Numbered from the stretch's first letter, positions 19,739 through 29,923 are shown. The stretch: DNA of 45,384 bases from Betaproteobacteria bacterium (GCA_037140415.1 JBAXEN010000001.1:1-45384), one strand, 5' to 3'. The notes: a model not told the origin generated them from the sequence alone. Numbers and translations are program-made.

Positions 19739-20716
19739 ATGAATAAGCGTCTCGTTTGGGCCTGGCTTGCCTGCGCCGGTCTTTGCAGCTTCCTGGGGCC
19801 CGCCGCGGCCCAGGCACAGACCTACCCCAGCAAGTCCATTCGCCTGGTCGTGCCCTTTCCGGCTGGCGGCGCCACCGACCTGTTTGCCCGCACCGTCTCG
19901 CAAAAGCTCAGCGAGCGGCTGGGTCAGACGGTGGTGGTCGACAACAAGCCCGGTGCCGGCGGCACGCTGGGTGCCGACCTGGCCGCCAAGGCCCCGGCCG
20001 ATGGCTACACCTTGCTGCTGAGCACCACCAGCACCCATTCCATCGGGCCCAACCTCAACCCGAAAATTCCGTATGACGCGGTGCGTGACTTCACGCCGGT
20101 CTCGCATCTGGGCAACGCCCCCAGCATCATGTTGGTGCCCAACAGCTCGCCGGCCAAGACGGTCAAGGAATGGATAGACCATGCCCGTAAGAACCCGGGC
20201 CGATTGAACTACGCCTCCAGCGGCAACGGCACCATCGTGCAACTGACGGCCGAGCTGTTCAAAGCCCAGGCCAATGTGTTCGTGGTGCATATCCCCTACA
20301 AGGGGACGGCGCTGGCCATTCCCGACTTGGTCAGCGGCAAGCTTGATGTGCTGTTCGACTCGCTGCCCACCGGCTTGCCGCATGTCAGGGACGGCCGGCT
20401 GCGCGCGCTGGGCGTGACTTCGGCCCAGCGCACCCCGCTGGCGCCTGATCTGCCGCCGATCTCGGATGTGCTGCCCGGCTACGAGTCCAACACCTGGTTC
20501 GGCCTGTTCGGCCCGCGCGGCCTGCCGACCGAGGTGGTGGTCCGGCTCAATGCAGCGGCCAACCTGGTGCTCAAGGACGCCGAGGCCATCGACAAGCTCA
20601 CCCGCCTGGGCATCGAGCCGGTGGGCGGCACGCCGGCCCAGTTCGCGACCATGTTGGCGGGGGAATCGGCCAAGTGGAAAAAGATCATCCAAGAGCGAAA
20701 GATCACCCTCGAGTGA
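19739..20716 (+). CDS. tctC: Bug/TctC substrate-binding protein
   Basis: Signal peptide, VPFPAGGATD, DNKPGAGG, HIPYKG; start 19736 or 19739. Confidence 0.93.
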   Translation: MNKRLVWAWLACAGLCSFLGPAAAQAQTYPSKSIRLVVPFPAGGATDLFARTVSQKLSERLGQTVVVDNKPGAGGTLGADLAAKAPADGYTLLLSTTSTHSIGPNLNPKIPYDAVRDFTPVSHLGNAPSIMLVPNSSPAKTVKEWIDHARKNPGRLNYASSGNGTIVQLTAELFKAQANVFVVHIPYKGTALAIPDLVSGKLDVLFDSLPTGLPHVRDGRLRALGVTSAQRTPLAPDLPPISDVLPGYESNTWFGLFGPRGLPTEVVVRLNAAANLVLKDAEAIDKLTRLGIEPVGGTPAQFATMLAGESAKWKKIIQERKITLE

Positions 20717-20724
20717 CGCAGCCT

Positions 20725-22347
20725 ATGCCCTTTGATTTCGGAAAAACCTATCCCAGCGCGCGCCTGCCCCTGTTCGCGCGCAACATCGTCTCCACCTCGC
20801 ACCCGTCGGCTGCTCAGGCGGGGCTGCGCATGCTGCAGCAGGGCGGCAATGCGGTCGATGCGGCGATTGCTGCTGCTGCGGCCATGACCATCGTCGAGCC
20901 GGTCAGCAACGGCCTGGGCTCGGACGCGTTTTGCATCCTCTGGGACGGCCAGCGTCTGCATGGCCTCAATGCCTCGGGCCCGGCGCCGGCAGCTTGGTCC
21001 CCCCAGTACTTCCATCGCAAGTACGGCGATGCGGCCAAGACCCCACCCAAGCGCGGCTTTGATGCGGTCACCGTGCCCGGTGCGGTGGCAGCCTGGGTGG
21101 CGCTGTCGGAACGCTTTGGCAAGCTGCCCTTTGCCGACCTCCTCGAGCCGGCCATTGAGATTGCCGAGCGCGGCTATTTGGTGCCGGTGGTGGTGCAGCA
21201 AAAATGGCTGGCAGCGACCGCCGAACTGCAGTCGCTGCCCGGGTTTGCGCAGAACTTTCTGCCCTGGGGGCGGGCGCCGCAGGTGGGCGAGCTGTTTCGC
21301 TTTCCGGCCGCAGCGCGCGGCCTCAAAGCCATTGCGCAAAGCCGAGGCCAGGCGTTCTACTGTGGTGAGATCGCGCAGGCGCTGGAGAAGTTCTCGGCCG
21401 AGCACGGCGGCAGTTTGACCGCGCGTGATCTGGCCGACTACCGGCCCGAGTGGGTCGAGCCCATTGCCAAGAGCTACCGAGGGTACACGCTGCACGAGAT
21501 TCCCCCCAATGGCCAGGGCATTGCAGCCTTGATCGCGCTGGGCATCGTCTCGCACTTTGACCTGGCCAGCCTGCCGGTTGACGGTGTGGCCGCGCAGCAC
21601 CTGCAGATCGAGGCGATGAAGCTCGCCTTTGCCGACGTCTACCGCTATGTGGCCGATCCGCGCAGCATGGACATCTCGCCCGAGCAGATGCTCGACGATG
21701 CGTATTTGGCCAGCCGCGCCAAGTTGATCGACCCCAAGCGCGCGCAGGACTTTCAGGCCGGCAACCCGGTCAAGGGCGGCACCATCTACCTGAGCGCCGC
21801 CGACGAAAGCGGCATGATGGTCAGCTTCATTCAGAGCAACTACATGGGCTTTGGCTCGGGCGTGGTTGAGCCGAGCTTCGGCATCAGCCTGCAAAACCGC
21901 GGCCACGGCTTTTCCACCGACCCGGCTGCAGCCAACCTTGCCAATCTGGTGGCGCCGGGCAAGCGGCCCTTCCACACCATCATCCCGGCCTTCCTCACCC
22001 AGGCGGGCCAGCCGGTCATGAGCTATGGCGTGATGGGCGGCAATATGCAGCCGCAAGGCCATATGCAGACCCTGGTGCGTATGCTGGACCACGGACAGAA
22101 CCCGCAGACCGCGTGTGACGCGCCGCGTTGGCGCTACAACGCGGGCCTGAGCATCAATGCCGAGGGCACCATGGCACCCCAGACGGTGCAGGGCCTGCAG
22201 GAGCTGGGCCACCAGCCCGAAGTCATCAACGATTCTTACCAGGACTTCGGCGCTGGCCAGTTCATTTGGCGCATGGGTGATCCGGCGGTTGAGGGCTATC
22301 TGGCCGCCAGCGACCCGCGCCGCGACGGGCAGGCGGTGGGCTTTTGA
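20725..22347 (+). CDS. ggt: Gamma-glutamyltransferase family Ntn hydrolase (cytoplasmic, YwrD-like)
   Basis: GGNAVDAA, GLGSDAF, GG|TIYL cleavage Thr, KRPFHTIIP, SDPRRDG. Confidence 0.9.
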   Translation: MPFDFGKTYPSARLPLFARNIVSTSHPSAAQAGLRMLQQGGNAVDAAIAAAAAMTIVEPVSNGLGSDAFCILWDGQRLHGLNASGPAPAAWSPQYFHRKYGDAAKTPPKRGFDAVTVPGAVAAWVALSERFGKLPFADLLEPAIEIAERGYLVPVVVQQKWLAATAELQSLPGFAQNFLPWGRAPQVGELFRFPAAARGLKAIAQSRGQAFYCGEIAQALEKFSAEHGGSLTARDLADYRPEWVEPIAKSYRGYTLHEIPPNGQGIAALIALGIVSHFDLASLPVDGVAAQHLQIEAMKLAFADVYRYVADPRSMDISPEQMLDDAYLASRAKLIDPKRAQDFQAGNPVKGGTIYLSAADESGMMVSFIQSNYMGFGSGVVEPSFGISLQNRGHGFSTDPAAANLANLVAPGKRPFHTIIPAFLTQAGQPVMSYGVMGGNMQPQGHMQTLVRMLDHGQNPQTACDAPRWRYNAGLSINAEGTMAPQTVQGLQELGHQPEVINDSYQDFGAGQFIWRMGDPAVEGYLAASDPRRDGQAVGF

Positions 22348-23279
22348 GCGTGAGTCAGGCGCCAGTGCCGGCCGGCGCTGCGCGGCCTGAATCGGCGAAC
22401 CCGCGCCGGGCCGCAGGCCTGAGCCTGGCCATCGTGGGGGCAATCGCCTTCAGTGGCAAGGCCATCATCATCAAGCTGGCCTACCGCTACGGCGTGGACT
22501 CGGTCACGCTGATCATGTACCGGATGTTGATCGCACTGCCTTTTTTCCTGGTCATGGCGTGGTGGTCCGGGCGTGGCAAGCCGGCTTTGCGCCCGCGCGA
22601 CCTGCTTGGCGTGGCCTTGCTGGGCATGAGCGGTTACTACATGTCCAGCTTTCTGGATTTTCTGGGCCTGCTGTACATCTCCGCTTCACTGGAGCGCTTG
22701 ATCCTCTACCTGAGCCCCACCATGGTGATGCTGCTCGGGCTGGCGCTGTACAAACGCTCGATTTCTCGCGGCCAGGCGCTGGGCATGGCGGTGAGCTACA
22801 GTGGCATCGTGCTGGTGTTTGTGCACGAGATCACCCTGCAAGGCAGCGATGCGGTGCTGGGCGCGGCACTGGTGTTTGCCAGCGCCTTGCTTTATGCGAT
22901 TTATCTGGTCTATAGCGGCGAGTTGGTCCAGCGACTGGGCTCGCTGCGGCTGGTCGGCTGGGCCACCAGCGTGGCCTGCTTGTGCTGCATTGTGCAATTC
23001 GCATTCTTGCGGCCCCTGGCGGCCGCGCAGGTGGCGCCCGAGGTGCTGGGCCTGTCCCTGATTAACTCTCTGGTGTGCACCGTGGCGCCCGTGCTCATGA
23101 TCATGATGGCCGTTGAGCGCATAGGCCCTGGCGCCACCTCGCAGGCCGGCATGGTCGGGCCCATCGCGACCCTGGTCATGGGCGTGCTCATCCTGGGCGA
23201 GCCCTTCACCATCTGGGTGCTGGCCGGCGCTTCGCTGGTGATCGCTGGTATTTATATTTTCACGCGCAGCAAGGCCTGA
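22344..23279 (+). CDS. DMT/EamA family transporter
   Basis: Multi-TM, duplicated EamA pattern, LGEP. Confidence 0.87.
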   Translation: MSVSQAPVPAGAARPESANPRRAAGLSLAIVGAIAFSGKAIIIKLAYRYGVDSVTLIMYRMLIALPFFLVMAWWSGRGKPALRPRDLLGVALLGMSGYYMSSFLDFLGLLYISASLERLILYLSPTMVMLLGLALYKRSISRGQALGMAVSYSGIVLVFVHEITLQGSDAVLGAALVFASALLYAIYLVYSGELVQRLGSLRLVGWATSVACLCCIVQFAFLRPLAAAQVAPEVLGLSLINSLVCTVAPVLMIMMAVERIGPGATSQAGMVGPIATLVMGVLILGEPFTIWVLAGASLVIAGIYIFTRSKA

Positions 23280-23317
23280 GTCGGCCCGCTTTCAAACATC
23301 TCAAAAGGAGAACTCTC

Positions 23318-24106
23318 ATGGATCTTGGTATTGCAGGCAAATGGGCGCTGGTCGGCGGCGCGAGCAAGGGCTTGGGCCTGGGCTGCGCGCAGGCCCTGGC
23401 CCGTGAAGGCGTTCATGTGCTCATGGTGGCACGTGGCGCACCCGCGCTCGAGGCGGCAGCGGCCCAGCTGCGCGCTCAGGTGCCCGCTGGTACCCAGGTG
23501 CAGGCCTTGGCCTGCGACATCACCACCGTGGTTGGGCGCGAGGCCATTTTTTCCCAGCGCCGCGACTTTGACATCATCGTCACCAACGCCGGTGGCCCAC
23601 CGCCCGGTGACTTTCGCAGCTGGGACCGCGATGCCTGGATCGCAGCGGTCGACGCCAATATGCTCACCCCCATCGAGCTGATCAAGGCCAGCATTGACGG
23701 CATGGCCACGCGCGGTTTCGGTCGCATCATCAACATCACCTCGAGCTCGGTCAAGGCGCCGATCGACATCCTGGGCTTGTCCAATGGTGCGCGCAGCGGG
23801 CTGACCGGCTTTGTCGCCGGGCTGGCACGCAGCAAGATTGCGGCTCAGGGCGTGACCCTCAATAACCTGCTGCCAGGCGCTTTTGACACCGACAGGCTGC
23901 GCGCCACCCAGGCCGCTTCGGCCGCCAAGATGGGCAAGAGCGTCGACGAAGTCGCCGACAGCCGCCGCCTGGCCATTCCGGCGCAGCGCTTTGGCACCGC
24001 TGAGGAATTCGGTCAGATCTGCGCCTTCCTGTGCAGCATGCAGGCCGGCTACCTGACGGGCCAGAATATCTTGCTTGATGGCGGGGCTTATCCGGGCACG
24101 TTCTGA
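23318..24106 (+). CDS. SDR family oxidoreductase (SNxxR-type)
   Basis: GGASKGLG, NAGGP, TGQNILLDGG; AGGAG SD. Confidence 0.88.
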   Translation: MDLGIAGKWALVGGASKGLGLGCAQALAREGVHVLMVARGAPALEAAAAQLRAQVPAGTQVQALACDITTVVGREAIFSQRRDFDIIVTNAGGPPPGDFRSWDRDAWIAAVDANMLTPIELIKASIDGMATRGFGRIINITSSSVKAPIDILGLSNGARSGLTGFVAGLARSKIAAQGVTLNNLLPGAFDTDRLRATQAASAAKMGKSVDEVADSRRLAIPAQRFGTAEEFGQICAFLCSMQAGYLTGQNILLDGGAYPGTF

Positions 24107-24224
24107 GCCCGGCCGCCGTGCGGCTGCGGGCCCATGGTGGAAATCCCTGTAGGCTGAACCGGCCTTCGCCTTGTACAAACCATTTCACGGTTAATTGCTG
24201 TTTGTTTCACAGGAGATCAGAATC

Positions 24225-25205
24225 ATGAACACCCGCCGCCATTTGATTCAAAGCGCTGGCGCTGCCGCCTTGCTCGGGATGGGCCTGCCCGCTCTGGCCC
24301 AGACCCGGGTCGAGACCCTGCGCATTATTGTGGGCTTCCCCCCGGGCGGCACCACCGATGCCTTTGCCAGGCGCGTCGGTGACAAGCTGCGCGGCAGCTA
24401 TGCCAACACCGTGATCGTCGACAACAAGCCGGGGGCTGGCGGGCAGGTGGGGGTGACCACCTTGAAAAATGCGCCGGCCGACGGGGCTCACATTCTCTAC
24501 ACCCCGGCCTCGATGTTCACCATCTTCCCGCACTCGTTTGCCAAGCTGCCTTATGCGTTTGGCGACGCGACTCCGATCGGCCTGGGTCACTCCACCGATC
24601 ACGGTTTTGTGGTCGGCCCTGCGGTGCCTGAGTCGGTCAAGAACCTCAAGGATTTCATCGACTGGGCCAAGGCCAATCCCGGCAAGGCGACGATTGCCAA
24701 CCCGGGCTCGGGCTCGATGCCGCATCTGCTGGCCGGGCGGCTGGCCATGCTCGGTGGCTTTCAGATCACCAATGTGCCCTTCGCCGGCTCCGGACCGGCG
24801 ATTCCGCAGGTGCTGGGCGGTCAGGTGGCCGGCATGTCCTCGCCCCTGGGCGATTTGCTGCAGCATCACAAGTCGGGCAAGGTGCGGGTGCTGGCGACCT
24901 CTGGGCCCGAGCGCTCACCCTATACCCCTGAGGTGGCGACCTACCGCGAGCAAGGGCAGGGCGAGCTGGTTGTGCGCGAATGGTTCGGCTTTTTCGCGCC
25001 GGCGGGCACACCCGACGCGGTGCGCGAGAGCCTCAACGCCGCCTTGCGCGCTGCCATGGCCCAGCAGGACCTGCGTGATTTTGTGACCCCTCTGGCCGGC
25101 CACATCGAGGCCAGCACGGTGGCCGACCACGCCCGCCGCCTGGCGGCTGATTCCGACATGGGCCGCCGTTTGGTCGGCGCCTTGGGCTTTAAGGCCGACT
25201 CCTGA
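24225..25205 (+). CDS. Bug/TctC substrate-binding protein with twin-arginine signal
   Basis: NTRRHLI signal, GFPPGGTTD, DNKPGAGG; AGGAG SD. Confidence 0.9.
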   Translation: MNTRRHLIQSAGAAALLGMGLPALAQTRVETLRIIVGFPPGGTTDAFARRVGDKLRGSYANTVIVDNKPGAGGQVGVTTLKNAPADGAHILYTPASMFTIFPHSFAKLPYAFGDATPIGLGHSTDHGFVVGPAVPESVKNLKDFIDWAKANPGKATIANPGSGSMPHLLAGRLAMLGGFQITNVPFAGSGPAIPQVLGGQVAGMSSPLGDLLQHHKSGKVRVLATSGPERSPYTPEVATYREQGQGELVVREWFGFFAPAGTPDAVRESLNAALRAAMAQQDLRDFVTPLAGHIEASTVADHARRLAADSDMGRRLVGALGFKADS

Positions 25206-25297
25206 TTGAGAAGGGGTTTGTGTGCGCCATCAGCCAGCCAGAGCGGCTGCGCTGAGTCGCCCCCCGTGAGCACCTGACTGCTGAGGTTTCTCGCGGG

Positions 25298-25326
25298 TTG
25301 ACCGCCTCAATTTTTGCATGCAAAAT
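25298..25326 (+). promoter_or_regulatory. Sigma70 promoter of the catabolic cluster overlapped by a palindromic operator
   Basis: TTGACC(25298)-17 nt-CAAAAT(25321); perfect palindrome TTTTGCATGCAAAA at 25312-25325. Confidence 0.65.
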
Positions 25327-25335
25327 TGCACACAT

Positions 25336-26553
25336 ATGTCTGAATCGCCTCCTCCATCCACCGGCAAGCCGCCTGAGTCCAAGCCCAAGGCCATGATTCG
25401 CAGCGGGGATGACTCCCCCGTTCTGAGCGACGAGCAGATCGAAGACGCCAAGAAACTCATCGGCGTCTGGCTGCGCCGCGATGTCCACACCCCCGCGATC
25501 TACGAGCCGCTGTCGGTGCACGACATCCGGCGCTGGGCCCACTACAGCGTGGGCGACGACAACCCCCTGTTTAGCGACGTCGAGTACGCCAAGCGAACCT
25601 CGCTGGGCGTGGTGGTGGCGCCCCCCACCTTTCTCTACACCATCGACAGCGGCATCATTGCGCCGGGTCTGCCAGGCATCCAGTGGATTTTTGCCGGCTC
25701 GCGCTTCGAGCATTTCCTGCCGGTCAAGGCGGGCGACACCATCACCGCCCGCGCCCGGCTGATTGATGTGCAGATCAAGTCCAGCCGCAACGTGGCGCGC
25801 TATGTCAATCAGGTGGGTGAGGTCCTCTATACCAACCAATATGGCCAATTGGTCACTCGCTATGAAGGTGACATCTACCGCATTCCGCGCAAGCGCAGTG
25901 GCGGTGGATTCAAGTTTGCCGTCAATAGCGCTGCCGAAGCCCCCAAGCCCTACCGATACACCGACGATGAAATCGAGGCCATCGCAGAGGGCTACCGCAG
26001 CGAATTTCGCCGTGGCAGCCAGGTGCTGTACTGGGAAGAGGTGCAGGCCGGCGACCTGTTGCCTGTGGTGCAAAAAGGCCCGCTGACCCTGGTCGACATC
26101 GTCGGCTTTTATTCGGGCCGCAGAACCGTCTACAGCGTCATGAAGCTGGCTTTTGCCGAACGCGACCGCCACCCGCGCAATGTCTACTACTCGCCCTCGC
26201 GCAACATTCCCATGCATCCGGCGGCAGGGCATTTTGATGCCGAGATCGCCCACGAGATCGGCATGCCTGGCGCCTACGACCAGGGTTGGCAGCGCATCAA
26301 CTGGGCCGGCCATATGCTGACCAACTGGTGCGGCGACCAAGGCTTTGTGCGCAAGCTCGAAGGCAAGGTGACCCGCCCCAACCTGGTCGGCGACCTCACC
26401 CGCATGCACGCCGAAGTCACCGGCAAGCGCAAGGACGCCAATGAGGCGCTGGTTGAAATTCGCTGGTGGGGCGAAAACCAGCGTGGCGAACAAAACTGTA
26501 GTGGTAAGGCCGAGGTGCGCCTGCCCTCGCGTGACATCAGCCTGCGCTGCTAA
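25336..26553 (+). CDS. Double hot-dog MaoC/FAS1-like acyl-CoA dehydratase
   Basis: DIRRWA..VGDDNPLF, APPTF, GHFD...A...G.PGAYD.G; alternative start ATG 25393 has an AAGG SD. Confidence 0.8.
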   Translation: MSESPPPSTGKPPESKPKAMIRSGDDSPVLSDEQIEDAKKLIGVWLRRDVHTPAIYEPLSVHDIRRWAHYSVGDDNPLFSDVEYAKRTSLGVVVAPPTFLYTIDSGIIAPGLPGIQWIFAGSRFEHFLPVKAGDTITARARLIDVQIKSSRNVARYVNQVGEVLYTNQYGQLVTRYEGDIYRIPRKRSGGGFKFAVNSAAEAPKPYRYTDDEIEAIAEGYRSEFRRGSQVLYWEEVQAGDLLPVVQKGPLTLVDIVGFYSGRRTVYSVMKLAFAERDRHPRNVYYSPSRNIPMHPAAGHFDAEIAHEIGMPGAYDQGWQRINWAGHMLTNWCGDQGFVRKLEGKVTRPNLVGDLTRMHAEVTGKRKDANEALVEIRWWGENQRGEQNCSGKAEVRLPSRDISLRC

Positions 26554-26567
26554 GGAGCAATAACAAA

Positions 26568-27779
26568 ATGCGTAAACCGCTAGAGGGCATCAAGGTGCTC
26601 GACCTCACCCACGGCGTGGCCGGGCCCTACTGCACCATGGTGCTGGGCGATCTCGGCGCCGAGATCATCAAGATCGAAAAACCCGAGCGCGGTGACGCCA
26701 CGCGCTACATGAACGTCAGCGACCGCTTTCACACCGACATCCCCAAGGTGGGCGGCGATTATTTTCTGGCCATCAACCGCAACAAGCGCAGCATGGCGCT
26801 TGAGCTCAAAACCCCAGAAGGCCGCCAGATCTGCGAGGAGCTTGCCGGCTGGGCCGACATCGTGGTGCAAAACTTCCGCCCGGGTGTGACGGGCCGACTC
26901 GGGCTGGACTACGCCAGCCTCAAGCGCTTTAACCCCAGGCTGATCTACGCCAACATCTCGGCCTATGGCATGGGCGGTGCCCACGCCGACAAGGCCGGCA
27001 TGGACATCGCCGTGCAGGCACGCTCGGGCCTGATGCGCATCACCGGCTCGCCCGACTCCAAAGAGCCAATGCGCGCTGGCGCGTCCATGGCCGACTTTGG
27101 CGGCGGCATCTACCTGGTGACGGCAGTGCTTGCCGCGCTCTACGACCGCGAGCGCACCGGCGAGGGCCAAGAGGTCAGCGTCTCCCTGATGGATGCGACC
27201 ATGAGCCTGCTGATCAACTATTCGGTAGCCGTGATGGACGGGGGCGCTGAGGTCGCACCGCTGGGCTCGGGGCACCCGCAGCTGGTGCCCTACCAGTCCT
27301 TCCCCACCCGCGACGGCTTTGTGGTGGTGGCCACTGGCACCAACAAAACCTACCGCACCTTTTGCGATGCGATCGAGCGGCCCGACCTCAGCGTCGACCC
27401 GCGCTTTGCCTCCAACCAGAGTCGGGTCAAGAATCGCGCTGCCATCGTCGCTGAGCTGTCCCAGGTGTTCAGCCAGCGCAGCACCGAGCAGTGGATTGCG
27501 ATTTTGGAAAAAGCCGACATCCCCTGCGCCCCGGTCAATGAGCTGGCCGATGCCTACGAGGAGCTGCGCAGCACCTCGCCCGATATGGTGACTCAGGTGC
27601 AGCACCCGCAGCTCGGAGGCCTGACGCAGCTGGGCGTGCCGTTTCGCTTTTCCAACTGCGGCGGCGACATCCGCCGCCCGCCCCCCATGCTCGGCGAGCA
27701 CACCGAAGAGGTGCTGGCGCAACTGCTCGGGCGCAGCAGCGAGGCCATCGCCACCTTGCGCGCGCAAAAAGTCATCTGA
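26568..27779 (+). CDS. CaiB/BaiF class III CoA-transferase
   Basis: PLEGIKVLDL..AGP, NRNKRS, NFRPG, catalytic-type Asp in MADFGGG, PPMLGEHT. Confidence 0.93.
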   Translation: MRKPLEGIKVLDLTHGVAGPYCTMVLGDLGAEIIKIEKPERGDATRYMNVSDRFHTDIPKVGGDYFLAINRNKRSMALELKTPEGRQICEELAGWADIVVQNFRPGVTGRLGLDYASLKRFNPRLIYANISAYGMGGAHADKAGMDIAVQARSGLMRITGSPDSKEPMRAGASMADFGGGIYLVTAVLAALYDRERTGEGQEVSVSLMDATMSLLINYSVAVMDGGAEVAPLGSGHPQLVPYQSFPTRDGFVVVATGTNKTYRTFCDAIERPDLSVDPRFASNQSRVKNRAAIVAELSQVFSQRSTEQWIAILEKADIPCAPVNELADAYEELRSTSPDMVTQVQHPQLGGLTQLGVPFRFSNCGGDIRRPPPMLGEHTEEVLAQLLGRSSEAIATLRAQKVI

Positions 27780-29923
27780 TGAACGGTGCGCTTGCAGCCG
27801 CTGCGGGTCAGCTGGGGGAGCGCTATGGCGACCCCTTGGATTTCATTTTCCATGCCCGCTCGATCGCTCTGATCGGCCTGTCGAGCGACCCCCGCAAAAT
27901 GACCGGCGCGCCGCTGGGCATCTTGCGGCAGACCGGATTTGCCGGGCCGATTTACCCCGTCAATCCCCGCGTTGCCGAGATCGGTGGCTTGCGCTCTTAC
28001 CCCAGCATTGCGTCCTTGCCGCAAGCGCCAGATGTGGCCATGATCATGCTTGGCGCCAAACACTGCGCTCAAGCGGTGCGTGAATGCGCGGCCAAAGGCA
28101 CCCGGGCGGTGGTGGTGCTCAGCTCAGGCTTTGAAGAAACCGACGGTGGCCAGCAGGCCGCTGCCGAGCTGCTGGCTGCGGCGCGCGAGAGCGGCGTGGC
28201 GGTGGTCGGGCCCAATTGCGAGGGCGTGTGGTCGGTGGCCCCGCGCGTGGTGCTCACCTTTGGGTCCGCGGCCAAGCGTGATGTGCTGACCCATGCGCCG
28301 GTGGCGATCTTGTCGCAAAGCGGGGCCATGGCCGGGGCCATCGCGCGGCACCTGCAAAACGACGCCATAGGTTGCGCCTACATGGTCTCGGTGGGCAACG
28401 AGACCGTCCTGACCCTGGCCGACTACATGGAGTGGATGATCCGCCAGCCCGATGTGCGGGTTCTGCTGCTGTTCATTGAAGGGCTGCGCGATGGCGAGCG
28501 CCTGGTGCGCTTGATTGGCCAGGCCACCGCACGCGGCATACGGGTGGCAGCGCTCAAGTCGGGCAACTCTAAAGCCGGCGTCGAAGTGGCGGCCTCCCAC
28601 ACCGGCAAGATTGCCAGCGACTACCAGGTCTACCGCGACCTGCTTGCGGGCGCTGGTGCAATTTTGGTCGACAGCCTGACCGATTTGATTGCTGCCGGTG
28701 AGGTCTTGAGTGTGGCGCCGGATCCGGCGGCGCGGCTGCCAGAACTGAGCCAACCCAGCGAGCGCGGCGTGGCGGTGTTCAGCATCCCCGGCGGCACCCG
28801 GGCCTTGACGGTGGACCAATGCGAGGCCCACGGGGTGCCGTTGTCGACCTTTGCCCGCAGCACGGTGGCGCAGCTTAGTGCCGCCCTGCCCGAATTCGGG
28901 GGTGTTGAAAACCCCACCGACCTGACCGGCCAGGTGCTGTCGCACCAGGGGCTGTTTGACCAGACCTTGTCCATCATCGCGGCCGATCCAAACACCGAGG
29001 CGCTGATTGTTCAGGTGGCCAATCGCGGCCCCAGCGATGTGATCGAGCGCACCGAACTGCTGGGCCAGATGGCCCGCGACACTGGGGTGCCGGTGATCGC
29101 CACCTTTTTGGGCGACAGCCTGCCAGCCGCAGACCGAGCCCGGCTGCGCGCGCACAAAGTGCTGTGTGCCCGCGATCCGGCCGAGGCCGCGCTGTTTCTC
29201 GGCTGGCTGTACCGGGCTCGGGCGGCGGCAGCGCAGCCCCTGGCGCCCGCGCCCACCCCTCTGGCCGATGCCCCAGCGCCAGCCGATTGGGCCTCCACCA
29301 TGGCCTGGCTGCAGGCTTGCGGCATTGCGGTGCCGCCTTGGCGTGAGCTGGCCGCAGGCGATGATGTGGCGCAGGTGTGCGCCGGCATGGCGCGGGTGGC
29401 GGTCAAGGCGCTGCCTGAAGATGCGGCCCACAAAACCGAGGCTGGGCTGCTGGCCCTGGATGTGCAGGGTGCGAAGGCGATTGCGCAGGAGGCCGCCCGC
29501 ATACGCCAGGCGCTGGGCAAGCCCCAGGCCCGCATCCTGGTGCAGGCCATGGTGGAAGGCGGCGTTGAAGTGGTGCTGGCTGCTCGCCATAACCCCGACT
29601 TCGGCCCGGTGATGGCCATTGGCCTGGGCGGCATCGCGGTGGAACTGTTTCAGGACATCACCTGGCTGGCTTTGCCCACCAGTGAGGCCGCCGTTCGCAA
29701 AGCCCTGGCTCGCCTGAAGCTGGCCCAGGTGCTGGCGGGCTTTCGCGGCAAACCCCCCGCCGATGCGCAGGCCTTGGTTCGGGCTGCAGTAGCATTTGGC
29801 CAGCGCTTTGTCGCCACCCGACCCAGCCTGGCTGAGTTCGAAATCAACCCCCTGCTGGTGCTGGCTCGCGGTGTGGTGGCCGTCGATGCCTTGCTGGCCA
29901 ACACTGCCCAGGCGCAGCCATAG
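27779..29923 (+). CDS. ADP-forming acyl-CoA synthetase (fused AcdA/B, ATP-grasp)
   Basis: IYPVNP, GPNCEG, SQSG, phospho-His motif ASHTG, NPTDL, HKTE, EINPL. Confidence 0.9.
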   Translation: MNGALAAAAGQLGERYGDPLDFIFHARSIALIGLSSDPRKMTGAPLGILRQTGFAGPIYPVNPRVAEIGGLRSYPSIASLPQAPDVAMIMLGAKHCAQAVRECAAKGTRAVVVLSSGFEETDGGQQAAAELLAAARESGVAVVGPNCEGVWSVAPRVVLTFGSAAKRDVLTHAPVAILSQSGAMAGAIARHLQNDAIGCAYMVSVGNETVLTLADYMEWMIRQPDVRVLLLFIEGLRDGERLVRLIGQATARGIRVAALKSGNSKAGVEVAASHTGKIASDYQVYRDLLAGAGAILVDSLTDLIAAGEVLSVAPDPAARLPELSQPSERGVAVFSIPGGTRALTVDQCEAHGVPLSTFARSTVAQLSAALPEFGGVENPTDLTGQVLSHQGLFDQTLSIIAADPNTEALIVQVANRGPSDVIERTELLGQMARDTGVPVIATFLGDSLPAADRARLRAHKVLCARDPAEAALFLGWLYRARAAAAQPLAPAPTPLADAPAPADWASTMAWLQACGIAVPPWRELAAGDDVAQVCAGMARVAVKALPEDAAHKTEAGLLALDVQGAKAIAQEAARIRQALGKPQARILVQAMVEGGVEVVLAARHNPDFGPVMAIGLGGIAVELFQDITWLALPTSEAAVRKALARLKLAQVLAGFRGKPPADAQALVRAAVAFGQRFVATRPSLAEFEINPLLVLARGVVAVDALLANTAQAQP

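Noticed and set aside
20678-20713. AAAGATCA tandem repeat giving KDHPR twice in the ORF-track GGT N-terminus
   Set aside because: Lies within the Bug coding end (KKII/RKIT); the real GGT start is more likely 20725
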